This document shows positions 26,801-37,500 of a stretch of 38,778 nt of DNA, in pieces. Under the pieces are notes generated by a model. That model was given only the letters and a program-made list of their open reading frames with translations. It was not told the DNA's origin and did no database searches. The translations under genes and the position numbers were made by a program. The DNA lies in the IMG/VR virus record IMGVR_UViG_3300044987_002418, positions 1 through 38,778 of that record. One strand, given 5' to 3'. Position 1 is the first letter of the stretch; each line of letters starts with the position of its first letter. Origin of the DNA: a virus (Duplodnaviria; Caudoviricetes).

Positions 26801-28550
26801 AAGGATTGTTAACCAAAATTTTAACTTTTAAACTATTTAAAGCAGTAAGAGGTAACTCCATAGGAGTTTTTACATTATATCTCTGTAAGTCTTCAATTAT
26901 TGTTTCATACATCCAGCTTTTATAATCTCTTAATAAAGCTACTTGTTCTTTAACAATTTTATCATAATAATTTTGACCAATTTTTGCTATAAGGTCTGTT
27001 TTATATTTATCAGACCCTGTAGTGTCAAATCCTGCTAAATCAGTTGAAAAATTAACATCATTTACAATTTCAGGTAATAAAGTAATATCTATAAAATCTG
27101 TATGAGCATTATACCAAGCAAATCTATCTGCATTTATTTTATTTAATGCGTTTCCTCTCTCTGCTTTATCAGCTAGAGCATAAGCTTTTTTTCTTCTTTT
27201 GTCAATGTTATTAAGAGTATTTTGTAATAGTCTATCCCATTTACCAGAAAATTTAGTAATTAATTTTCCTGTTTTACTGCCTATTGAATTTTTTTGATAA
27301 AAAATAGAATAATCAGATTCACTTGAAGATTTATTAAACCAACTTATATTAAAAGGAATTTTAGGTAATTTTCTGATTATACTTTTATTAGCAGCATCTA
27401 ATCTTTCAATCATTTTTGCTACTTTAGACTTCTCTTCAGTTCTTTTTAGTTCATATTCAATTTTTATTAATTGAGCTAATAAACTATCTTTAGATATATA
27501 TTGTTTATCAATAGTTAAAGTATATGTTGACATTATATCAATATCTTTCAGAGGTTTTAATAGTTCATCTATATCAATTTCTTCTCCTGTTTTATCAATA
27601 TATTCTTGTACCTGTGAAGAGTTATCAATTAATTTTTTTAAGTATTCTCTTTTTCCAGCATTTAATTCACTCTCCCTATCACTAACTTTAATTTTAATTA
27701 AATCTAAAATGTTTTTTACATCTTGTGATAAAACTGATTTATTTTTTTCATCAAAAGCTAACCCTGCTACAAGAAATTCATTTTTAGCACCAAATTTATC
27801 ATCAGATATTCCTTGATAGAAATTTAACATTCTTTGTGCAGTGTGTATATTTTCTAAACTTAGGTCTGCGAGTAAAGAATCTATAACTTTTAAGTCATTT
27901 TCTACAATAGAAGAAAGTTGAGCTAAAGAAAGATTTTTTCCACCAAGAGCAACTATATCTTCTTCTAACTTTTTCTCTGTTTTTTGAAGACTTCTTATTT
28001 TTGCACTAATAGTAGTAATATGAGTATTATCATGTACCTTATTAGCTCTCTCATTTTGTATAGCTCTTTTTACTTTTTTAAGCATATCAACTTTATAGTC
28101 ATAAACTACTTTATAGTTGATTTGGTCTATAGCATTGGGCACACCTATGTCAAAAAAGCTTAATTGCCCTTTTTGAACTTCCTCAACTTTGGCTGTTTCA
28201 GTATTATAATAAGGTGTTTCTTTTTTTAATTGTCTGATTCTATAGGCATTTAAAAGATTAGGAGGAATGTTCACTTCAAGGGTTACAGAATTATGACCTC
28301 TACGAATAGTAGTCCATTTTCCATAAGTTTTAAAATTATAATGCTCTCCAAATTGTTTAGCTATTTTTTGCTCCATTGCCATAGCAGTATTATATGCTTG
28401 GTCTACAGTTTTAATCTGAGACTTGCTACTAGGAGTTATTACAATAGAATTTGGGCTTGATTGTCTGTAAGCGAGGGCTTTGGCATTATAAACTAATGCC
28501 AAAGACTCTTTTATTTTTCTATCTCTAAATTCTGTTAATGAACATGCCAT
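23832..28550 (-). CDS. Large virion cargo/ejection-type protein
   Basis: 1572 aa, helical, directly downstream of the virion RNAP gene as in crAss-like phages. C-terminal hydrophobic segments: ALVTAGTLGFLAAGPVGTLIAGAAAIGV and ISILLTLVLFKILW. Confidence 0.65.
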   Translation of the reverse strand: MACSLTEFRDRKIKESLALVYNAKALAYRQSSPNSIVITPSSKSQIKTVDQAYNTAMAMEQKIAKQFGEHYNFKTYGKWTTIRRGHNSVTLEVNIPPNLLNAYRIRQLKKETPYYNTETAKVEEVQKGQLSFFDIGVPNAIDQINYKVVYDYKVDMLKKVKRAIQNERANKVHDNTHITTISAKIRSLQKTEKKLEEDIVALGGKNLSLAQLSSIVENDLKVIDSLLADLSLENIHTAQRMLNFYQGISDDKFGAKNEFLVAGLAFDEKNKSVLSQDVKNILDLIKIKVSDRESELNAGKREYLKKLIDNSSQVQEYIDKTGEEIDIDELLKPLKDIDIMSTYTLTIDKQYISKDSLLAQLIKIEYELKRTEEKSKVAKMIERLDAANKSIIRKLPKIPFNISWFNKSSSESDYSIFYQKNSIGSKTGKLITKFSGKWDRLLQNTLNNIDKRRKKAYALADKAERGNALNKINADRFAWYNAHTDFIDITLLPEIVNDVNFSTDLAGFDTTGSDKYKTDLIAKIGQNYYDKIVKEQVALLRDYKSWMYETIIEDLQRYNVKTPMELPLTALNSLKVKILVNNPFEVLKSKKENQGGRVSFENDNTSIQYQSLMNYNSFIPKEQIETYNNNTGATQLVNSDYYNEDFKTIEQDSDLYEFWESLEESLSYINMTLADAEKQLVHGSILSMQKSFLDILLNPDGASRVNKRVQLSSWLKQGLKSQFESARVDKDSNDFDEINKSQFKSTESEVEKVIRLTILKVQRETGFKGEDVVNLDVPLSNEAELYKVLAKELGSPDTAQGLKAIIPFPNPNNKNIYVKDLIKMFAEGEVAKTQTSNLPVLVRAYLEMTAEYKAQRDSQPTLEIVKEFYDEIKREGTNRSFKNWAINKMRSNKEKKEIGSDRVNAKIRMDNWYNKNIKGLSDVSTAGFVTVTYTDYEKDLIKELNYKLQNANLTEAEKEEIHAEIEIIGKNITLTNVYNAIINSFAIFKGLAYSLKSTITNRFQGFTQGMVHAGRYYSEENFYKANGFVFYRGLSKLPGNSSYKEEVKKVKLLVNLLNIIQDATNEMDRARRSSGVSSGVRQVISPYYATEYVEWNNQVPQILAMLGDKTIKDVNGIEYPIFDGTGLPAYEIKDGKLKLKPEFADLENEHTKDNLSTWENVSSKEAGAIKLYMSEVISIANGDYSKSGVTLIKKYAVGKTVMLFKSWLPNYVWARIAYKQDNLILGKKGINGIYTSHRTSTALVTAGTLGFLAAGPVGTLIAGAAAIGVSRFIAKKMDRETGGLFSDLLAVKEMSIFARAIVQKMIALPVNGFSGKQRIGSADLSSIAVSKEDEQNLQSIVGEISILLTLVLFKILWKSALGGGDDDEPKTFGNGQPNPYYTNNARTEKEKTMYFILENQISGMINELESFQNPISFTVDTYNSNIAIKTFTNIVKLPATLAGIFNGTDTIKSGVTAGQSKAGNLGKDLFLPSFVKQLGFEKSAQRDFNSTEYIDTMFDTDYKTERSEIKGQRTEYKLEQIENLKEDYNYDNLSAEEQKLTLDIIEKQVNQGIEVEHPYPARFSYDENQKKQ

Positions 28551-28562
28551 TTGATTACATTT

Positions 28563-31500
28563 TTAATTACAAATATCGGGTAAATTATCTAATGATTCTG
28601 AAGTTAATCCATTTATGTAGTTTTGAAATCCTTTTACATCTGTTTTAATAGGATTCTTGCCTTCAATTTGTGCATAACCTAGAAACTTAGTGTAGTCTTC
28701 TTTACTTCCTATGTTTTGTAGAGTAGGATTTGCTTCAAAAATAGCATCTATTTCTGCTTTATTACTTTCAGTCATAGGTAAATCCAGCCCATTTAAAGCA
28801 TTATTTATGATGTCAGTATATTGGTCTTCTATTGCAGGCTCTTTACCCATTCTATTAACCTCTATAAACTCTTCTGAACCATATCTATTCTGTTTAGGTG
28901 CAGTTCTAATTTTATTATTTTGAGCATTTTCTTCTGCCTCAACTTCAATAAAATCAAGAGTACTAGATAAAGCTTCAAAAGTAATACTGTCAAGTTTTAT
29001 ATCTATTGAATTTGCAGATAATAAATTCATAACAGTGCTTTTAAATCTGTTCCACAAAGACTCTCCTGATTTTCTAAATTCAGTTTGACTCATTTTCTCT
29101 TGAAAAGCAGGTTCAGTTAAAGCAGTTGTTACAAACTCAAATATATTTGACCCTGCATAAGTAATTTCTAATTCTTTAGCCCCATAAGTTGTATCTGATG
29201 GTAACTCTCCTTTTAAATGTTTATTTCTTTTGTTATTAAAAGCATCTAATTCAGGTCCTAAAGCAACTTTAGTAGCATTAAAAACTTGTAAAAGTCTTGA
29301 TACATGTAAAGGCAAATCTGGTGTTATTTGTTTACCAGTTCTTCTGTCAAAATATTTACTTAATTCATTAATAGTTACAGAGTGAACAAATTCATGAATA
29401 AATGTTCTAGCAATTTGAGTATGATTATTACTAGCCATTAAATCAGAATCAATTACAATTATAACTTTATCAGACCCTTCTTCAACAATAGTTCTTCCAT
29501 TAGCTTTAGCCATAGTACCTCCTTTAGAAGTATCTTCTACTACTATTGTCAAGTTATTTTTAACAAGAGGAAGTAAAAATTCAACTAATTTAGGAAAATG
29601 TCTATATTTCCCATCTCTGTACCCAGCTATTTTAGTTAGGATTTCTTCAGTATTTCCTCCTACTATCTTAAAGACATCATTCATCTCATTAAGAGTTGAA
29701 GCCTTTTTAACATTAGGTACATTTTTTACAACAGCAGGTTCTGCATCATCTAATAAAGAGTGTGCATTTTCATTGTTGAAGTCGTATTCATTCATACCAA
29801 AAGCACCTAATATTGAAATTCTTTGATACTCTCCATTTCCAATATGTTGGAATAGACTGAATTTATCTTGTTTTCTTTTACTTTTAGTTGACTCTCTTTT
29901 ACTAATAAACTTAGGAAATTCTTCAGCATTTAGTTTAAAAGAAATCAATTTATTTTTCTCTTTAACAGGATTTTGAAAAAGGTCTTTTTCTAAACTAGGG
30001 TCAAATTGTGTAGCATCTCCAGGATTATGTTGAATATATTGTTTTACAAAAGTATGTGTTTGATTGTTATTTTCCTCTGTAAACTCTTTGATACCTAGTG
30101 TACTGTGAAATACATTGGTAGTCTTTTTAGGAGAATACTTTTGCATTTGTTCTGTAAATCCTATATCCTCTAAATATTCAATAGGTATATATTTAGCAAA
30201 CTGAATTGCTTCTTGTACACCACCTTCAAGATAAGCATAAGCCACTAAATCAGCAGCTAGTTTTCTTGTATCATAAACTTCTCCATTTTTATCAGGTAAA
30301 GGATATTTATTTACAGTCATTTCAGCAATAGCTGTGTATAGATAATCTTCGTCAAAATTTTCTTTAGCAGAATTATTAAACTTAATCAAAGAAGGTTCTC
30401 CATTACTATTCAAGTCAAACTCAAATTTAGTAAATAATCTACTATTTTTAAGATTGTAAACTCCTTCTTTATTTACAGTATCTACATTACTAATTTTAGT
30501 ATTTTTTAAATCATTCATGTAACTAGCTAAAGACATATGAGTTTTAGTGTCTATGAATAATTCTTTTCTTTCTTCTGAAGCATTATTAGTAAAAAGTCCA
30601 TTTTTAAAGTTAGAATTAATGTATTTTTTTATCTCTTTAAAGATAGCAAATTGCATTTCAATTTTTCTAGTATCTGATTTTTCAGAAGAACTAGTTATCT
30701 CTTCAATTTCAGCAACTACTGTTTTAACATTATCATCTGCATAAGGAAAGAAAGAGTTCCATAAACTATTCCCAACAGTAATTCCATTTAATACTATATG
30801 TCCTTGTGGAGTATTAGATTTTACATAGTATTTTCCAACTAAAACATAACCATCAGGTTTTGTCTTTACTTTACTTGTAAGGATATAATCTCCTATTAAT
30901 TGTTGAGCACCAATTATAGTTTTACTATCTGGAAGATTTGAAAGTCTATTCATTTTTTGATTAGATTCCACAATAGATTTACCCAAACTAGTTGTATTTA
31001 CAACACCTTGAATACTGCTTAATTCTGTAGCATAATCTTTTAATTCAAGGAACTGTTGTAGTACAGCTAATTGAAGCCCAGGAATACTACTCTCTTCAGA
31101 AGAGATTTCATTAATCATATTTGCTGAAGTAAGATGTGGAGTTAATCTATTAAACTCATCTAAAGTTAAAATAGGTACATTTTTATCTTTCTCATATTCT
31201 TTGCTATATTTTTTTATCAAAGCATTAATAATCATTTTATCTTTATTATGATTATAAACAGATGTAATTGCTTGACTCTCTTGAGTCATTTTTACAAAAT
31301 CTTTAATAATAGGTTGAGACAAAAATAAATAAGGAATAGAAGTTTCTTGTGAGCCTACTTTTTCTCCTTTATCAAATCCTAGCAAAGTTAAAATTGCATC
31401 TACATTAATAGTAATACCATTTACATTTACTCTGCCTAAAACTTGTTCTTTTTCATTATCTGTTGCTGTATTTTGTTTTTCAGCTAAAACTTCTGAAATA

Positions 31501-34500
31501 TTTCTGTCTCCATCCAAAGTAAGAATACTACCAAGTACACCATCTGATTTAAAATTACCTATTTGAATTTCTTTTCTACCACCTACTCCATTCTCTAAAT
31601 GAATAGGAATTTCTATTTGTTGAGACAATGAATGGAAAGTAACATAATTAGAATATACACCAATAGCCATTTTACCAGCAGCCCCTAAGCCCATTTTGGC
31701 TTTTTGATAATCATCTGATAAAATTGTAAAATTAGATTTATCCACATTTTTATTTACTAAATCATCAATAAAATCAGCTTGTCCACTAGCAAAATCCATA
31801 GAAAGAACTTTGTTAATTTTTTGCTGTACTTCAACATTTGGATTAGCATATAAAGACATATGAACTTTTATAAATTCATTTTCTAGTATTTTTTGCTCAA
31901 ATTTCTCTGAGATAGCTTCTATTTTTTCTTCAGTAGTTAAGCTTGTATCTCCCATTGTTTTAGAGTAATCTTTACCTATTGCAGAAGATATAAATGCTTC
32001 CAAAGGGTCATTGATATCTCTTTCAACTCCTTCTACTTCAGGAGTTTCTAGTTTTTTTCTTAGTCCTTTAATTGCTTGCTCTTTATGAACTTCACTAATA
32101 ACTTCAATTTTATTAGTTCTTTTATTAAGAACATTCCATAACTGGTAAGTATTCTCTTTATCAATATCAAAATCTATCCCTTTTTGAGCAATAAAATTCT
32201 TAGGAACTATCATTAAATCTCCATTTACAGGAGGTAAAAATCCAACAACTTTAATAATAGAAGCAGAAGCATGAAAAGAAGTAGGTGTTCTAAAACTAAA
32301 ATTATTTAATAGCTCAAGGTCAATTACACCTTCTTTTAATTGCAATCCATTTTCTTTTGTTTCTTCTAAATATTTATATTTGTTGGTAGTTTTATCTTTT
32401 TCATATAAGTCAATTAACTTACCATTATTATCTTTAAACTTAGAAGGAGCATATATTTCAGCATAAGTAAATTTACCAGTAACATCATCTTGTACCCCTT
32501 TTAATGGTCCTCCTTTATGTCCTCCAATATTAATAATACCTGAGTCTTTTAAGTCAGCAATATCTTCACTCATCTCAAAACCTACTTCAGACCCAATTAC
32601 AAAGCTATTTCCTGGCATTTTTTGCTTGATAACTCTATTAGTAACAATAGCATTTAAAAGTGCCTCATATCTATTAGAATTAGAGCTTAACCATAATGGT
32701 AATTTAAAATCATAATAAGTAGAACCATCACTATTAGTCTTCTGTACAAAAGATAACCCTTCAACATCTTGTCTAGGATATCCTCTATCAATAGCTTCTG
32801 ATTGTAAAAGCTTTTGAAGTTTTTTAATAAAGACTTCTTCATTGATTGGCAACCCATCTGCAGTTAAACCTAATTCTCTGTAAAGTCCTCTTTTTTTAAT
32901 ATCAATTAATTTAGAAAAACTATCATTAAAATAATCATATAATTGTCTTCCATTAAGAGTTTTTCCATTAATAACAAAGTCCTCTTGGTCTAACATCCCA
33001 TCTCCAAACAATAGTTTAAATATCTGAGTTCCCATAGAGATTTTATCCTCTTTTTTTAAGTCAGATTTAAAAGGTACATCTTGTTGTATTCTAAAATTAT
33101 CTCTACTTAAAATAAGTGCTGAATCTCCTGCTGTTGCTAGACTTTCTTTATTAAAAGGGTCAACAGGATTGTTCATTGCACCAACTTTATTAGCTGTTTG
33201 ATAAGATGCTCTTACAGGTAATTTACTTTCTTTCTCAAGTTCCTCCATCTTAACTCTTAAACCATCTAATCTTCTACCTTTTGTCATTTGTGGTAACAAA
33301 GGAAAAGAAGAAGATTTAATATAGATTGTTCTGGCTACATCTTGTTTTTCATCCATAACTTGTCCTGTATAAACAGGTTTTATAGGTTGTAAAACAAAAT
33401 CTAACTGAGCTTTACTAAGATTTTTACCTTCAGCGAGAGTTTCTCTAATTTCTGTTAATTTATTATCAGGGATTCTTCCTTGATTTTCAAGAATATTTAA
33501 ATGTTCCTCAACAGTTGTGTATTCTTGTGCATCTGTTGAAGGAATAAATAGGTAATCTTTCAATAAAGGATAGGATTTTTTTAACCCTTCTTTAATTTCA
33601 TTTCTTTGGGCTTCATTTTCAGCATTATAATACTGTTCAACTAATCCTTTAGCCTTAGTTTCAGCTTCTTTACCATAGTATAGTCCTATTAAATAATTTA
33701 TATTTTCAGCTATGCCCACATCATCTTTTAAGAAGATTTGCATATATGTTTTGCCCTTTGAATTGGCTATTTTATTTCCAGGTGCTAAAAGTAGTGCTAA
33801 TCTTTTACCAAGATTAACTCCTAAAGTTTCAGCTAAAGTTAGATAATTAGCATCAGTGCCAGAGGTGGCAATAGGTGTAATTTTCTCTAACATTTCTTTA
33901 TATAATGCATCTGTTATTAGCCCATTAGCATAAAAACTATTTAAGGCTTTTACAAATTCTTTGTGAGAACTGTATACTTCTGTGAAAACTTTTTCTTTCC
34001 CATAAACAGTAGCAATTTTAGAAATTTCTATATTATCTACACTAAAATTACTAAATAACTTATCTGTAGAAAATAAAGCAGGGTCTCCTGCCATTATAGT
34101 ATACATACTAGCATTAGTAACCATTGAGTTTAAAACAAAATCATACATACCAAGTTTAAACTTGGTTTCTAAAGGAATACCTTGAGCTTCAGATAAATAA
34201 TTTTCATCAAAAAATTTAATTTTGGTAACTTTATTTTGGTCATCTCTGACTAAAGAAGATTCCCAATTACTTACTTTAGTGTCTACTTTACTGTCTACAA
34301 CTTTTTTTAATATTTCAGAAAATTGACTTTTAAATTTTTCTTCTACATATTCAGCAGTATAAACATCAGGAGCAATTCTCATTAATTCTATGATTCTATG
34401 CCCATCTGCATCTTTAATATTATTAAAAGCAGGTATAAAATTAAAGATTTGTGCTCCTAGATTATAACCTTCAATATTAGTTTTACCAATAGTTTTATGA

Positions 34501-37500
34501 AACTTAGCTATTCTTTTTAATTCAGGTTTAACCAATTGATTAAATAACAAGTTCTTAAGTGTATCAGTAAAAGTAAAATTATTGTCAGTGTCAATTTCAA
34601 AAGATTTTTTTCTATCTTTAAAAAAGTTAAAAATACCTGTACTTAGTAACAACATTTGAGACTTATCAGACATAGTAGGCATAAACATTCTACCCATTCT
34701 CATTCCAATACCATTACCTCCTGCTTTTATAGAACCATCTTCAGAAACAGTAGCTTTAATTTCTCCTTGTTTTGTATCTTGAAATCCTGTCATTTTAGTT
34801 ACATCATGGTCAATATCACTAAGGTCTGTAACACTTGAAAAAGGAGATTCTTTTTTACCAAGTTCTTTTAATGCTGTAATACCTATATGGTCTACTCCAA
34901 ATTTTCCTCTAAATTCTTCTTCAATCTGCAATAACTGTAAGATGTAAGAGTCTGAACTAATTGAAATTCTTTGTAATTTATCAACTAATTCATTAAAGCC
35001 TTCTTCATTGTATTGTTTTAAAGCTAATACTCTGTCAGTAGCATATTTATTAGGTGTTAATCCAAAGATAGATTTACCATTATCTCTAAAAGATAAAGTC
35101 ATAGCTTGATTAGTGTATTTACTTTCAAGAGTTGCCATAACATTTAAAATTCTACCAAGATTTGTAAAAGGATGATTGTTTTCATTTACTTCAAATCCAG
35201 TATCTTTTGTTTCAGCTATATCTACTAAATAATTATTTAATTGTTTAAAAAGACCAAATTGACTTGTAAATAACTTATCATAAGTTAAAAAGCCATTACC
35301 ATTAATATAATATCCAGCTGTAGTCAACTCTTTCCAAGCATCATCAGAAAGAATAATTCCAAATTCTCCAAGCCAAGTTCTAACTTCTTCTTTATTAATT
35401 TGTGGAGCATTATCTCCCCATTTTTCAAATTGGTCTTGTAGATTTTTAGCTTTTACTTTGTCAATAGCATATTCTCCTTCTTCAGTTTTAACCAAATCTT
35501 TCATTTTAAAATTACTTTTCCAAGTATTCTTAATTAATTTAGTGATTTCATTGGCATTAGTATCATACATTTTTAAACTATATCCACCTCTTGCATTAGA
35601 AGAATACATAGCAAACTTCATAGAAAGAGCATGTTTAGTAAAATTATAAACAAACTCTCTTTTTATTTGATTATCAGCTTTTAGCAATGCTTCTACTACA
35701 TCTGGAAGCCATTTATGAGAGGTTTCAGCTCTTTGTAATCTTGAAATCATTTCATCAAAATTAGAAGCTGACTCATTAGGACTAGATAGTAATTGAGCAA
35801 TAGTATCATAAACTTCATTAAAACCTACATATTCAGGCAATCCAAGAAAACCTACTTTAGGGTTTCCATCTGCAGTTCTTCTTGCAAAACCTGCAAAGAA
35901 TCTCCTTAATCTATAGGAGGATTTGCTTTTTCCATCTTCTTCTAAAGAAGTTTTACTATAATCTTTTTCTCTTTGAGAAGTATCATCTACTTCATCTTCT
36001 GATATTCCTTCTTTAATTCCAGTATATTGTTTAATTTTTTCTACTGCTTTATCTTGAATATTTTCCCAGTTATTTTCTATATTACCATAAATTTCTAATC
36101 CTCTTTCTATCTCTTTAATAGAAGGGAGTATTTCTTCATAGGTTATAGGGTCACTTTCATATAATTCTACTAAAGCTTTATGTCCTGCTTCAAGTTCTTT
36201 TTTATTTGCTAGTATATTATCATTGTAAGCATTTTTTATGTCAAACAATAATTTTGATTTATTAGCAGAAGAACTTTTATCTATACCAATAGCTTTAGAA
36301 ATACTATTAAAAATGAAATCAACCAAAGTTGCCTCTTCTTGAATAGTTATTCCAGGAGTAGTTTTAAATGCACCAGCTATTGCAGTAGTATCTGTAACTT
36401 GTACAGGCATATCTTCAAAGGTTTGATTCCTATTAAGCCCAAACTTTTTTAATAGCTCTTGTGCCTTGTTTTTAACATCTTCAATAGAATTTCTTTTTTC
36501 TGCAGCTTCTTTAACATCCTCTGTTGTTTTTTTAACTTCTTCTTTAACTATAACTTCAGGTGTAATTACTGGTTTTTGTTTATAACCAAATTTAATACTT
36601 GGCTGAACAGCAGTTATCCAAACAGGATTTTCTTCTGTACCAATATTAAAAGATTTTACAGTAGTTTTAAAGATACCTTTATAATAATCCTCATAGGTTT
36701 TATTAGTATTAGTAACAGTTTTATCTTCTGATATTGTTATCATTTTAGCATTAGTCCCTAACCCTGCATTACTTCTATGTATAGGAGTCTTAAGAGTTGG
36801 AGCAGTATCAGTTGCAAAATATTTATTAGCAAATTGAGAATATTCAAAAATTCTCATATCTACATATAAATCTAAAAATTTTCTAACATCATCTCTACTA
36901 GAAATATCATATCCAGTTTCTTTAAAAACTTTATCAGCAATAGCTTGTGCTTCTTCTTTAGTTATATTTGTAATATTTGGGTCATACTCAACAGTTTTAC
37001 TACTAAGAGTACTATCATATCCACTTAATTTAAAAAATGCAGCTAATGTCCATTTAATAGTAGACCTATCAGTATCAGTGATAGTATTAGCCATAGGTAA
37101 TACATCAAAAGCCATCCAAGTTTCTTGTCCTTTTTCATTAGTACCTATTCTTCTTAAATCATATGCTTTTCCTAATCCATTTTTCTTAGGATTAGTGTCA
37201 TTCATTTTCTCTGGATTTAATAGAACTCTTTTATTATTTTCAAAGTTTTGAGTTCCTATTTTTGCAACAACTTGACCATTTTGTTCCATTCCTATTACAA
37301 GAATAGCTTGTGGGTTAGCTTCAGTTAAAGTAAGAGCAGGAGTTCCTTTTGGAATTTCAGCATATTTTACACCTGTTTTAGATTGAATTTCAATATGAGT
37401 AAGTCCTTCATTTATAATAGCATGTCTTAATTCAGATACTTCTTTTTTACCATTTTGAATAATTTCAGCTTGCAAAGGTGGATTATCATTTGGACCAATA